Positions 26,481 to 36,399 of a stretch of 64,000 nt of DNA are shown here, piece after piece (within the stretch, counting starts at the first letter, position 1; each line of letters starts with the position of its first letter). The DNA comes from an uncultured Gemmatimonadota bacterium (GTDB lineage: Bacteria > Gemmatimonadota > Gemmatimonadetes > Palauibacterales > Palauibacteraceae). The notes beneath the pieces are model-generated. The model was not told the origin of the DNA and did no database searches. It worked only from the letters and a program-made list of their open reading frames with translations. A program made the translations under genes and the position numbers. The stretch lies in contig CAYXHP010000072.1 in assembly GCA_964465015.1 (NCBI GenBank), positions 5,355-69,354 of the forward strand. The letters run 5' to 3'.

Positions 26481-27290
26481 GTGAGCCAGCCGGCCGAGTC
26501 GACCGGAGGTCGGCCCGTGCAGACCGAGAAGGTCGAGCACATCCCGGTGATTTGGGTGGAGCCCGATGCGAACTCCCACCCGAGGCGCCTGGCGCTCTTC
26601 CTGCCCCACTTCACGGGCACCAAGGAGAAGGTACGGCCGCAGCTCGAGGACCTGGCCGCCGACGGCTTCGTCGCCATGTCCTTCGACCCGTGGCAGCACG
26701 GCGAGCGCGGGAGCGGCGAGACGCCCGACGAGATGGTGGAGCGGGTGTTCGCTGCTTTCCGGCGGCGATTCTGGCCCATCCTGGGGCAGACCACGCTGGA
26801 CGTACTGCGCGTCATCGACTGGGCCACCGACACGCTGGCGGTCGAACCCGCCATCCGCGTGGGAGGCCTGTCCATGGGAGGGGACGTGGCCGTGGCGGCC
26901 GCCGGAATCGACCGGCGCATCGAGCGGGTGGCGGCCGTCGTGTCCACGCCCGACTGGCTCCGGCCCGGCATGCGGGATCTGTCGCATCCGGAGCGGCTGC
27001 TGGAGCCGGGCGAGCCCGATTCCTACGCGCGCTGGTTCTACGACCAGCTCAACCCGCTCACCCACGTGGGACGGTACGGCCACGGGCTCGCGCTGAAATT
27101 CTGGTGCGGGGAGCGGGACACACAGGTCCCGGCCGACGGCGCGCTCCGGTTCCAGGCCGAGGTCCGGGACGCCTTCTCGGAGCGGAGCGGCGACGTCCAG
27201 GTCGACATGCTGCCGGGCCTGGCGCACATGGACGTGCGGGATCCCGCGCGCTGGTGGCCCGACTGCCGGGAGTGGCTGGCGGGCCCCTGA
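26481..27290 (+). CDS. alpha/beta-hydrolase (dienelactone hydrolase / S9-like)
   Basis: The nucleophile elbow is GLSMGGD, with downstream Asp and His (LAHMD). Confidence 0.75.
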   Translation: MSQPAESTGGRPVQTEKVEHIPVIWVEPDANSHPRRLALFLPHFTGTKEKVRPQLEDLAADGFVAMSFDPWQHGERGSGETPDEMVERVFAAFRRRFWPILGQTTLDVLRVIDWATDTLAVEPAIRVGGLSMGGDVAVAAAGIDRRIERVAAVVSTPDWLRPGMRDLSHPERLLEPGEPDSYARWFYDQLNPLTHVGRYGHGLALKFWCGERDTQVPADGALRFQAEVRDAFSERSGDVQVDMLPGLAHMDVRDPARWWPDCREWLAGP

Positions 27291-27306
27291 GCCCTATCTT
27301 TTCGTC

Positions 27307-28089
27307 ATGACCGAGCGACGCTACACCGAGGACGAGGTCGCCAGGATCTTCGAGCGGGCCGCCGACCCCGAGCAGGCCTCGCGACGTCGCCTGGCCGCCG
27401 GCGAGGGCCTGACGCTCGGCGAGCTCCAGGAGATCGGCCGCGAGGTGGGGATCGCGCCGGAGGCGGTCGAGGACGCCGCCCGGTCGCTGGAGAAGCGGCC
27501 GGAGCGGCCCACGCGGCGTACCCTGCTCGGCTTTCCCATCGGGGTCGGCCGCACCGCGCAGCTGGACCGGCACCTCTCCGACCGGGAGTGGGAGAGGCTC
27601 GTGGTCGACCTGCGTGAGACGTTCGACGCCCGGGGCAGCCTCCGGACGCACGGCTCCTTCCGGGAGTGGACCAACGGCAACCTCCAGGCGCTGGTCGAGC
27701 CCACGGCGGACGGCGATCGGATCCGGCTCAGGACCTTCCGGGAGCAGTCCCGCCTGCTCATGTTCGCGGGCTCCGGCATGTTCGGCCTGGGGGGCGTCGC
27801 GCTCCTCACGCGCGCCCTGTCGGGCGCGATGCAGCACGGTGGCGGCGGTCTCACCTCGCTGTTCCTGATCGGACTCGGCCTGTTCGGGCTCGGCGCCTTC
27901 CGGTTGCCGCGCTGGGCTCGGCTGCGCGGCCGCCAGATGGACGGGATCCTGGCGCGGCTCGAGGCCGCGGCGGCGGAGAGCGCGCGTCCGGAGTCTACGA
28001 CCTCAGACCAGGCCGCAGTCCCATCAGACACCACCCCGCCACGGCCCACATCAGGGCCGCCGAGATCCACGCCACCCGGGACGGACTGA
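27307..28089 (+). CDS. hypothetical membrane-anchored protein
   Basis: The soluble N-domain is followed by two hydrophobic helices and a Pro/Ser/Thr-rich tail. Confidence 0.55.
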   Translation: MTERRYTEDEVARIFERAADPEQASRRRLAAGEGLTLGELQEIGREVGIAPEAVEDAARSLEKRPERPTRRTLLGFPIGVGRTAQLDRHLSDREWERLVVDLRETFDARGSLRTHGSFREWTNGNLQALVEPTADGDRIRLRTFREQSRLLMFAGSGMFGLGGVALLTRALSGAMQHGGGGLTSLFLIGLGLFGLGAFRLPRWARLRGRQMDGILARLEAAAAESARPESTTSDQAAVPSDTTPPRPTSGPPRSTPPGTD

Positions 28090-28110
28090 GCGCCAGCGCG
28101 GGAGCCTGCC

Positions 28111-29283
28111 ATGCACCGTTCGCTTCACTACTCGGCGTGGCTCCTCTGCCTCGCGGCTCTCGCGTGCGGCGAGCACCCTGGCCACGCCCCCGGCGCCTCG
28201 CCCCCCCTCTCTGGCGCACCCGTATCGATGCGGGCCGCGCCCACGCTGCGCGTGGGCGTCGCGGAAGGCGACACGACGCTCGAGTTCCACCGGGTGGTCA
28301 CGCCTTTCCGGCTCCCGGATGGTCGGCTCGTGGTGCCGGTCGCGGGCTCGGGCGTCCTGCGCGTCTTCAGCGCGGACGGCACGCTCCTGGAGAGCCTGGG
28401 ACGGCCGGGGGACGGGCCGGGCGAGTTTCGATCCCTGGCAGCCGCCTGGCCGCGAGGGGACACGATCGAGGCGTTCGATGCCGCGCTCGAACGTATCACG
28501 TGCTTCCCGCCTTCGGCCGAGCCCAGGGTGGTGACGCTCCGGGCGCCCGGAAACGCCCGTGCGCTCACGGAGGCCCAGGCCATCGTGCCCGGAGCGCTTT
28601 CCGACGGCTGGATGCTCTACGGCGTCGAATCGGCCGGCATGGGGCGACGGGACACCGTGGCCGTGCGGCGCTTCGGCCCGGACGGCTCGCCGGCGGCGCT
28701 CGTGGCGCGCCTTCCCGGCATGGCGCGCTACAGCACGCCGATGGCCGGAGGTCCGGACCCCCTCTCGCCCCGCACCGCCTTCGCCATCCACGCGGGACGG
28801 GTCTACGTGGCCGAGACGATGAAGGCGGAGATCTGGGAGCTGGACGGCGACGGCCACATGGAACTCGAGCTGAGCTGGACGCCCGAGAACCCGCCGTCCC
28901 CGAAGACGGCGTTCCGGGAGGCGGTCCAGGCGGCCGTGGCCGCCGCCCCGCCGGAGCAGCGGCCCGTCGTGCGCGAGCGTCTCGAGTCGTTTCCGGTGCG
29001 CGACCGGGTGCCGGTCTTCTGGAGCTTCCTGGTCGACGCGGACGGCTTCGTGTGGGTCGAGCCGTTCGAGCCGGCGCGCCACTCCATGGTCCTGCCGGCG
29101 GCCGCGGTCGCGGAATCCGCCAGCGTCTGGAGCCTCTTCACGCCGGGCGGGACGGCCGCGGGGACCATACGGGTGCCCGCCGGCTTCCAGCCCGCCAGCA
29201 TCGGACGTGACGCGGTCGTCGGAGTCCGGCGCGACAGCCTGGGGGTCGAATACGTCGAGGTCCACGCGCTCGAGCGCCGCTGA
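28111..29283 (+). CDS. hypothetical lipoprotein (beta-propeller-like)
   Basis: It has a signal peptide with an LAALACG lipobox and repetitive beta-strand-like blocks. Confidence 0.6.
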   Translation: MHRSLHYSAWLLCLAALACGEHPGHAPGASPPLSGAPVSMRAAPTLRVGVAEGDTTLEFHRVVTPFRLPDGRLVVPVAGSGVLRVFSADGTLLESLGRPGDGPGEFRSLAAAWPRGDTIEAFDAALERITCFPPSAEPRVVTLRAPGNARALTEAQAIVPGALSDGWMLYGVESAGMGRRDTVAVRRFGPDGSPAALVARLPGMARYSTPMAGGPDPLSPRTAFAIHAGRVYVAETMKAEIWELDGDGHMELELSWTPENPPSPKTAFREAVQAAVAAAPPEQRPVVRERLESFPVRDRVPVFWSFLVDADGFVWVEPFEPARHSMVLPAAAVAESASVWSLFTPGGTAAGTIRVPAGFQPASIGRDAVVGVRRDSLGVEYVEVHALERR

Positions 29284-29425
29284 CGGCCGCCTCCCGGCTC
29301 TATCCGCGTCAGCTCCGTGCCCGTGAGCGAAGCGCGACCTGGCCGGCAGATGAAACCGGCAGACCTTGCCCCGCGTCGAGCCGACGGGCACGCTATCGGA
29401 AACCGAGCAACCGCAGAAGGCTGTC

Positions 29426-29683
29426 ATGGATGAAACGCTACGTCTCCTCATCCCGGTGCTGGCGATCTCGATCCCGGTGATCGCGGTCGCGGGACGCTAC
29501 ATCGTGACGCCTCTGGTCGAGGCTCTCTCGAAGCGGGACCTCGAGGACGGGAGCCCCCGCGTCGACCGGGAGGAGATGGACCAGCTTCGGGACCGCGTGG
29601 AAGGGCTGGAGAAGGCCCTCGCCCGGGTGACCGAGGAGCAGGAGTTCCAGAAGGCCCTGCAGGGCCGCGGCGAGAGCTCCTGA
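29426..29683 (+). CDS. small single-TM protein with coiled-coil tail (hypothetical)
   Basis: MDETLRLLIPVLAISIPVIAVAGRYIV then a charged helical tail. The ATG at 29366 is an alternative start. Confidence 0.4.
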   Translation: MDETLRLLIPVLAISIPVIAVAGRYIVTPLVEALSKRDLEDGSPRVDREEMDQLRDRVEGLEKALARVTEEQEFQKALQGRGESS

Positions 29684-29689
29684 ACCGCC

Positions 29690-31543
29690 GTGGACCGCAG
29701 ACGGTTCGTCCGGAACGCCGCGGCGCTGCCGCTCCTGGCCCTGCCCTGGCCCGGAGCACGGCCCGACGTCCGCGGCTCTCGAGCCATCACCGGTGCCGGC
29801 CCGGGACAGGCCGCGGGCGGTGACCGCGTCCGGCCCGGCGACCCGGAGTGGCCGTCGCCGGCGGAGTGGGCGGAGCTGAAGGGGAAGGTCGGCGGGCGGC
29901 TGCGGGAGCTCCGCTCGCCTCTGGCGGCCTGCCGCGCCGATCCGGGTGGCGCGGCAGGCCGGAAGTTGTGGGCGGAGCTTCGCGACCCCTTCTACCTCCG
30001 TGACCACCCGGCGCTCACGGGCTCCAGCGGGTGGGTGGACGCGTGGACCAGCGTCCCGAGCGCCTACGCCGTGGCCGCTGAAACGACCGCCGACGTGGCC
30101 GCGGCCGTGGTCTTCGCCCGGGAGCACCGGCTGAAGCTGGTGGTCAAGGGCGGCGGCCACAGCTACCAGGGGCGCTCGTGCTCCCCGGACTCCCTTCTCG
30201 TATGGACCCGCGGGCTGGACGACATCCAGATGCACGAGGCCTTCGTCCCGGCGGGATGCGAGAGTCGGGTGGCGGGGCAGCCGGCCGTGAGCGTCGGTGC
30301 GGGCTGCATCTGGATGGAAGCGTACGAGGCCGTCACGACGCGCGGCGGACGCTACGTGCAGGGGGGCGGCTGCACCACGGTTGGCGTGGCTGGACTGGTC
30401 CAGAGCGGCGGTTTCGGGAGCTTCTCCAAGCGCTTCGGTACAGTGGCGGCCGGGCTCCTGGAGGCCGAGGTGGTGACGGCCGACGGACGCGTCCTGACCA
30501 CGAACGCGTGCTCGGAGCCCGAGCTGTTCTGGGCCCTCAAGGGGGGCGGCGGCGGGACCTTCGGCGTGGTGACCCGGGTGACGCTCCGGACCCGCGACCT
30601 GCCTGAGACGTTCGGGGGCGCGTTCGGGACCATCCAGGCGGGCTCGGACGAGGCGTTCCGCGAGCTGCTCGGGCGTCTCCTCGCCTTCTACCGGGAACGG
30701 CTGATGAACCCGCACTGGGGCGAGCAGCTGCGGCTCCGTACCGGGAACGTGCTCGACATCTCCATGGTCCTCCAGGGCCTCTCCGGCGACGAGGCGCAGG
30801 CCACCTGGAAGCCGTTCTCGGACTGGGTGGCCTCGCGACCGGACGACTTCACGGTGCAGCGGCCGATCGGCGCCGTCGCGTTCCCGGCCCGGCACATGTG
30901 GGACGCCGACTTCCTCGAGCGCCTGGCCCCCGATCTCATCGTGCGTGACGATCGGCCCGGCGCCCCGGCCTCGAGCTTCGTATGGGCCGGCGACCACGGC
31001 CAGGCGAGCCAGTTCTGGCATGGTTTCCACTCGGCCTGGCTCCCGGCCGACTTGCTCGAGACGAAGCGGCGGGAAGAGCTGGCCGACGCGCTCTTCCGGC
31101 TCACACGGCTGTGGGACGTATCCCTGCACTGCAACAAGGGGCTGGCCGGCGCGCCTCCCGAGGAGTTGGAGGCGGCGGCGGACACGGCGACGAACCCGGC
31201 GGCCCTGCGGGCGTTCGCGCTGGCGATCGTCGGCGGCCAGGGTCCACCGGGATTCCCCGGCGTACCGGGCCACGAGCCCGACCTGGACAAGGCCCGGCAC
31301 GCCGCGGATACGATGCGCCGGGCCTGGGCCGAGCTCGTGAAGGTCGTCGAGCGGCCGGGCTCGTACTGGTCGGAGAGCGACTTCTTCGACGCCGACTGGC
31401 AGCGGTCCTTCTGGGGACGGAACTACGACCGCCTCGAGGCGGTGAAGCGACGCTACGACCCCGACGGGCTGTTCATCGTCCACCACGGCGTGGGCAGCGA
31501 GGCATGGAGCGACGACGGGTTCACCAGGAGGGCGAACACATGA
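29690..31543 (+). CDS. Tat-exported FAD-linked oxidase (FAD_binding_4 + BBE-like domain)
   Basis: The twin-arginine signal is MDRRRFVRNAAALPLLA. The FAD-binding region includes VVKGGGHSYQG. The BBE-like C-terminus includes RRYDPDGLFIVHHGV. Confidence 0.85.
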   Translation: MDRRRFVRNAAALPLLALPWPGARPDVRGSRAITGAGPGQAAGGDRVRPGDPEWPSPAEWAELKGKVGGRLRELRSPLAACRADPGGAAGRKLWAELRDPFYLRDHPALTGSSGWVDAWTSVPSAYAVAAETTADVAAAVVFAREHRLKLVVKGGGHSYQGRSCSPDSLLVWTRGLDDIQMHEAFVPAGCESRVAGQPAVSVGAGCIWMEAYEAVTTRGGRYVQGGGCTTVGVAGLVQSGGFGSFSKRFGTVAAGLLEAEVVTADGRVLTTNACSEPELFWALKGGGGGTFGVVTRVTLRTRDLPETFGGAFGTIQAGSDEAFRELLGRLLAFYRERLMNPHWGEQLRLRTGNVLDISMVLQGLSGDEAQATWKPFSDWVASRPDDFTVQRPIGAVAFPARHMWDADFLERLAPDLIVRDDRPGAPASSFVWAGDHGQASQFWHGFHSAWLPADLLETKRREELADALFRLTRLWDVSLHCNKGLAGAPPEELEAAADTATNPAALRAFALAIVGGQGPPGFPGVPGHEPDLDKARHAADTMRRAWAELVKVVERPGSYWSESDFFDADWQRSFWGRNYDRLEAVKRRYDPDGLFIVHHGVGSEAWSDDGFTRRANT

Positions 31544-32058
31544 CGGACGATCCGGTCGGCCGGGCCTTCATCGACGAGTCCCGGGCGCTGCTGACCTCCA
31601 GCCATCTTCCGCGGCTCGTGGGGAGCGTACGGTCGCTCCCGGAGCGGGACCTGTGGTGGCGCCCCAACGAGTCATCCAACAGCGCCGGGAACCTGGTCCT
31701 CCACCTGGCGGGAAACGTCCGGCAGTGGGTCGTGAGCGGCATCGGAGGCGAGCCGGACGTGCGGCGCCGGGACGAGGAGTTCGCGGCCGAGGGGGGCCGG
31801 AGCCGGGAGGAGGTGCTCGGGGTCCTCTCCGCGGCGGTCGCGGATGCCGACCGGGTGCTGGCCCACCTCGATCCGGGCCGGCTGCTGGAGCCGCTGGTGA
31901 TCCAGGGCACCGACACGACGGTCCTCCGGGCCCTGTACCACGCCGTCGAGCACTTCGGCATGCACACAGGGCAGCTCGCCTACATCGCCAAGCTCCGGAC
32001 GGACCGCGACCTGGGCTTCTACGAGGTGGAGGGCGGGATCGCCCGTCCGAGGTGGTGA
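31541..32058 (+). CDS. DinB-family / DUF1572 protein
   Basis: Its ATG overlaps the upstream stop. The conserved His triad context is NLVLHLAGN...YHAVEHFGMHTGQL. Confidence 0.75.
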
Positions 32059-32059
32059 C

Positions 32060-32803
32060 GTGAGCGTCGCCGCCCTGTACGACGTCCACGGGAACCTGCC
32101 GGCGCTCGAGGCGGTCCTCGAGGAGGTGCGCGACGCCGGCGTCGACCGGGTCCTCGTGGGCGGGGACGTGCTCCCGGGTCCCATGCCCGCCGCGTGCCTT
32201 GCCCGGCTCGAGGCCCTCGAGATCCCGGTCCACTACATCCGCGGTAACGGCGAGTCCGCCGTGCTCGCCGAGCTGGCCGGCGAGCCGCTTCCGCCCCTGC
32301 CCGAGTCGGTCCTCGAGGTCATTCGCTGGACCGCGCGCCGCATCGGACCCGAGGCGGGACGTCGGATCGGGCGCTGGCCCGCCACTCTCCACCGCGAGAT
32401 CGACGGGATCGGACGGGTCCTGTTCTGCCACGCCACGCCCGGGAGCGACACGGAGATCTTTACACGCCGGGCGCCCGAAGAGCGCCTCCTCGCCCTGTTC
32501 GGTGACACCGAAGCGGAGCTGGCCGTGTGCGGGCACACGCACATGCCCTTCGACCTCCAGGTGGGCGGGCTCCGAATCGTGAACGCCGGAAGCGTGGGCA
32601 TGCCCTACGGCGAGCCCGGGGCCGACTGGCTCCTCCTGGGCCCGGACGTGCAGCCACGCCACACGCCCTACGACCTCGAGGCGGCGGCGCGCCGCATCCG
32701 GGCCACCGACTATCCCGGGGCCGACGACTTCGCGGAGCGCTCGGTGCTCCGGCCACCGACGGCCGAGTCCATGCTGGACGCGCTGTCGGGCGCCCGGGGC
32801 TAG
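32060..32803 (+). CDS. metallophosphoesterase (calcineurin-like)
   Basis: The motifs are DVHGN, GGDVLPGP, GNGE, CHATP and GHTHMPFD. Confidence 0.8.
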   Translation: MSVAALYDVHGNLPALEAVLEEVRDAGVDRVLVGGDVLPGPMPAACLARLEALEIPVHYIRGNGESAVLAELAGEPLPPLPESVLEVIRWTARRIGPEAGRRIGRWPATLHREIDGIGRVLFCHATPGSDTEIFTRRAPEERLLALFGDTEAELAVCGHTHMPFDLQVGGLRIVNAGSVGMPYGEPGADWLLLGPDVQPRHTPYDLEAAARRIRATDYPGADDFAERSVLRPPTAESMLDALSGARG

Positions 32804-32853
32804 CCGGGGAGGCCCGGGCCCGATCGCGCGATCCCACGCCACGAGGAGGTTCG

Positions 32854-33213
32854 TTGGCCGACAAGGTGAACCTGGCCCAGAAGCTGTCGCTGTTCCACGA
32901 TCACTGGAAACCCCGGCTCGTGGCACGCCTCAACGACTACAAGGTCCTGCTCGTCAAGGTGAAGGGAGAGTTCGTGTGGCACCGCCATGCGGAGACCGAC
33001 GACTTCTTCCTGGTGCTCCGGGGGCGACTCACGATCCAGCTCCGCGACCGGGACGTCGAGCTCGAGGAGGGCGAGCTGTTCGTGGTGCCCCGGGGGATCG
33101 AGCACCGTCCTCGGGCCGACGAGGAGGCGTGGGTCCTCCTCATCGAGCCGGAAACCACGAGGAACACGGGCGACGCCGGCGGGGAGATGACGGCCGAGCC
33201 GCAGGAGATCTGA
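32854..33213 (+). CDS. cupin-domain protein
   Basis: TTG start 5 nt after GAGGAGG. The motifs WHRHAETDDFFLVLRGRL and FVVPRGIEHRP give a two-His cupin signature. Confidence 0.7.
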   Translation: MADKVNLAQKLSLFHDHWKPRLVARLNDYKVLLVKVKGEFVWHRHAETDDFFLVLRGRLTIQLRDRDVELEEGELFVVPRGIEHRPRADEEAWVLLIEPETTRNTGDAGGEMTAEPQEI

Positions 33214-33313
33214 GCGCGAGCCCGCGGCAGGACCACCGAGGCCGTCCGCTCCGCTGGCGGCCGGGCCCCGCGCTCGCCACCGGCTTCTCCGAGTCACGCC
33301 CACCCGCCCCGTC

Positions 33314-34261
33314 TCAGCGCAGCAATCGCCGGCCTTCCAGGAGTCCGCCCACCAGCACCATCGACAGGTTCGTCGCGATGAACACGAGGAGGGAGTACGC
33401 GAGGGCATGCGCGGGGCTCACGCCGTAGGGCGCGAGGAGGAGGACGAGCGCGCCCTCCCGAAGTCCGAGCCCGGCCACGCTGACGGGGAGGAGCGCGGCC
33501 ACGAGCGCCGCCGAGCGGGTCCAGGCGACGGCCGGCACGGTGAGGCCGAGCGCCAACGACCGGGCCAGCAGCGCGCACGCGGCGACCCCGAGCAGCTGGG
33601 CGGCCAGGGAGAGCAGCGCGACCTCCAGTAGCGTCCTCCGGTCCAGGCTGCGGACGGGGTTCACGGCCTCGCGCAGGGAGTCCAGGCGGCGGAGGAGCGC
33701 ACCCGTCCGTCCTCTCCCGAGCCGCTGGCCCGAGGCCGGAAGCACGGCGGTGGGCGCCGCCATCAGGGCCGTGAACGCCAGCAGGCCGACGAGGAGCGCG
33801 GCCATGACGAGCGCCGCGGTGAGGCCCGTGTGGGGCGTGGAGAGTTCCCAGAAGGCCAGACCCACGACGCACAGCGCCAGGGTGGCCAGGATGCGGTCGC
33901 AGAGGAGCGCCGCGATCAACCGCCGGCGCGCGGTCTCGGAGTCCGACAGCCGGTAGAACCGGATCGCGACCCCGGCCACGTTCCCCGCCGGGAGAAGGTA
34001 GCTGTAGAACCGGGTCGTGAGGTTGACTTCGAGGACCTCGGGCACCGAGAGCCCCATGCCCTCGGCCCGGACGAGGCGCTGGAGCCGGACACCCACGGCG
34101 GTCTGCGACACCAGGCTGAGAGCGGCGGCTCCGAGGGGGAGCCCGAGTCCGGCCCCCAGGATCGATCCGGCGATGCCGGCGAGGTCGACACGGCGGAAGA
34201 GGAGCCACAGGACCACGCCCGCCACGGCGAAGCGGCCGATGCGGACGAGCGCGCGGCTCAC
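33314..34261 (-). CDS. flippase-like / lysylphosphatidylglycerol-synthase TM-region family (UPF0104) membrane protein
   Basis: The real start is the GTG overlapping the upstream stop (GTGA). It has 8 TM helices with the family pattern (FRRVDL...YYSYLLPAGNVAG...). The N-terminal R/P-rich part of ORF 33314..35509 is off-frame artefact. Confidence 0.65.
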   Translation of the reverse strand: MSRALVRIGRFAVAGVVLWLLFRRVDLAGIAGSILGAGLGLPLGAAALSLVSQTAVGVRLQRLVRAEGMGLSVPEVLEVNLTTRFYSYLLPAGNVAGVAIRFYRLSDSETARRRLIAALLCDRILATLALCVVGLAFWELSTPHTGLTAALVMAALLVGLLAFTALMAAPTAVLPASGQRLGRGRTGALLRRLDSLREAVNPVRSLDRRTLLEVALLSLAAQLLGVAACALLARSLALGLTVPAVAWTRSAALVAALLPVSVAGLGLREGALVLLLAPYGVSPAHALAYSLLVFIATNLSMVLVGGLLEGRRLLR

Positions 34262-35502
34262 GCCGGCATGCCCTCCCTGGAGCGGTACACCGGGCGACCG
34301 GTCATGGTGGGCGGCGGATCCTCGCCGAGGAGCCCCAGCACCGTGGGCGCGAAGTCGATGAGTCGCATCCGGTCCGTCTCCAGAGCCTGCGTCGGGTCGG
34401 AGAGGACGATGAACCCCCGCTCGGCGGGGTGGGAGGGCATCTGCCCGTGGTTGCCGCGGTGCCGGGGATCGCGGATCCGGGGCCGGAGCACCCGGTTGCT
34501 GAGGCCCAGGTAGAAGTTGGCCAGCGGCTGGTAGAAGTCGTGTGGAAAGAAGGCCGACCCGTGCTCGGCGATCAGGTAGAGCTCCCCGTAGCGATCGTCC
34601 TCGAACTCCAGGTGAAAGCGCCGCATCTCCCCCCGCGTGAACACCCGAACGCCAGGAAGCGAGCGCACCGCCGCCGTGATCGCGCGGCGGGCCCGGTCGG
34701 TCTCGAACCAAAGGCGCGCCAGGCTGATCTCGACGTAGTGGTGGTACTCGCCGCGCGGAATGCCCGTCTCCTTCAGCGCCCGGACCAGATCGACGCGCCG
34801 GGTGATCGGCTCCTGCCCGTGATCGACCAGGAGCATGAATCGGGTGCCCATCTCGCGGCAGCGCGCCGAGAGTCCCTCGACCAGTCCATCCACCTCCCGG
34901 AGACTCCGCCGCACCAGGTCCGGATCGTCCAGGCCCCAGTGCGAGAGGAGATCGAAGGCGTGGAACTGGATCAACTCGAACTCCGCCCCGGACGGGCACT
35001 CGGCCAGCAGACTCGGGATGTGCTCGAATCGGTCCGTGAAGCGATAGGTGGCGCGCTCTCCCAGGAGGTCGAACAGACCGGGCATCGGTGACTCCGCGCC
35101 GACCCGCAAGTCGCCTCGGCCACATCGCTCGTACTCGAACCGGTGGAGCTGGAAGTGGCGGCGTCGGCGCCAGGGGATCGCCGCCAGGTCGACGCGGCGC
35201 GTCACGAGGTGGACCAGGCACTGGGCCGTGGTCGTCACCAGGTCGGGCACCCGCTCCAGGAGCCGAACCCACGGGCCGCGTGGCACGTCGCGCCGCAGGC
35301 TCACCTGCCAGAACCCGTGCTCGTGCGGCCAGGCCCCCGTCAGCAGAGTCGCCATCAGCTCGGTGGTGGGAAGGGTCTCCAGGGTGACGGCCGGGAACTC
35401 CGACAGCAGGTCGCAGAGGAACGGAGTGATCCGCGGATCCAGCCGGCGTCGGTCGAGGCCGGGGACGTAGCACACGAACAGGCGTCGAGCGGCTGGCTTC
35501 AC
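34258..35502 (-). CDS. alkaline-phosphatase-superfamily enzyme (type I phosphodiesterase/nucleotide pyrophosphatase-like)
   Basis: It starts at a GTG (VKPAARRLFVCYVPGLD) preceded by GAGGATG. The segments ...LLVDHGQEP... and the His/Asp metal-ligand contexts fit the AP superfamily. The N-terminal ~150 aa of the ORF are artefact. Confidence 0.7.
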   Translation of the reverse strand: MKPAARRLFVCYVPGLDRRRLDPRITPFLCDLLSEFPAVTLETLPTTELMATLLTGAWPHEHGFWQVSLRRDVPRGPWVRLLERVPDLVTTTAQCLVHLVTRRVDLAAIPWRRRRHFQLHRFEYERCGRGDLRVGAESPMPGLFDLLGERATYRFTDRFEHIPSLLAECPSGAEFELIQFHAFDLLSHWGLDDPDLVRRSLREVDGLVEGLSARCREMGTRFMLLVDHGQEPITRRVDLVRALKETGIPRGEYHHYVEISLARLWFETDRARRAITAAVRSLPGVRVFTRGEMRRFHLEFEDDRYGELYLIAEHGSAFFPHDFYQPLANFYLGLSNRVLRPRIRDPRHRGNHGQMPSHPAERGFIVLSDPTQALETDRMRLIDFAPTVLGLLGEDPPPTMTGRPVYRSREGMPA

Positions 35503-35904
35503 GTGACATCCTCGAGCTGAGTCCTGGCGCCGCCGGAACTCGGCGGGTGCCGGCGCGCCCCGGGAGCGCGATCGCGACCCGGGAAGAGGGTGGGGCAGCA
35601 GGTAGCGGGCCATCGCGCCCCTCCCCGAAACCCCATGCCCGACGGGAGGATCCGGATCTCGCGGCTCGGGGCCGCGACCGCGCATGTGGGACCGGCGCAA
35701 CACCCGGGGAGGCTCGCGGGCTCGCGCGCGCCCCTCCCGGTCCGGCGCGCGCCCGTACGACCCCGACGCCCCGCGACGACTCTTCGAAGCCCCGCCGGCG
35801 CCTCCCCGATGACCGTGGCCGGTGCCGCCCGGACTTGCCCAGCGAAGCGGCCGCCGCGAATGTCGCTGGAGTTCCGGAGAGGGATCCGCCCGCCTGGAGG
35901 AATC

Positions 35905-36324
35905 ATGGCGACGATGTCGGCCCGCGTGCGCAACGCGGCGGACGGGCACGAGGTGGAGGTGTCGACCGGGGAAGCTCGGACGATCCTCGAGATCGCGGCG
36001 AAGTCGTCCGGGCGGGGCTCGGGCGTGAGCGGAGGGGAGCTCCTGCTGGCGGCGCTCGCCACCTGCCTGTGCAACGACCTGTTCCGCGAAGCCGAGAAGA
36101 GGGACATCGAGCTGGACGAGGTCGAGGTGGAAGCCGAGGCCGAGTTTCCCGCCGAGGGCGTGGCCGCTCGTGGGGTCACTTGCCGGGTCCGGCTCTCCGG
36201 CTCGGCGAGTCCCGCTGTGCTCCGGGAGCTCACCCTCGACACGGACAAGGTGGCCGAGATCCAGAACACGGTTCGCGCCGCCACGGCCGTCACTCTTCAG
36301 AGCGTGGAAGTGCCGGACGAGTGA
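35905..36324 (+). CDS. OsmC family protein (second paralog)
   Basis: GGAGG then ATG at 35905. The conserved Cys pair is AALATCLCND. Confidence 0.75.
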   Translation: MATMSARVRNAADGHEVEVSTGEARTILEIAAKSSGRGSGVSGGELLLAALATCLCNDLFREAEKRDIELDEVEVEAEAEFPAEGVAARGVTCRVRLSGSASPAVLRELTLDTDKVAEIQNTVRAATAVTLQSVEVPDE

Positions 36325-36399
36325 GCCTGGGGCCGTTCTCGTGCGCCGGCTCCGACCCGGAGCTCGCGTCCGGCGCTTGAGCGCATAGCGGCCGCGGCC

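Noticed and set aside
33294-34208. 304-aa minus-strand ORF overlapping the flippase-like gene
   Set aside because: Off-frame relative to the membrane protein with family-typical TM pattern. Arg/Pro-rich artefact.
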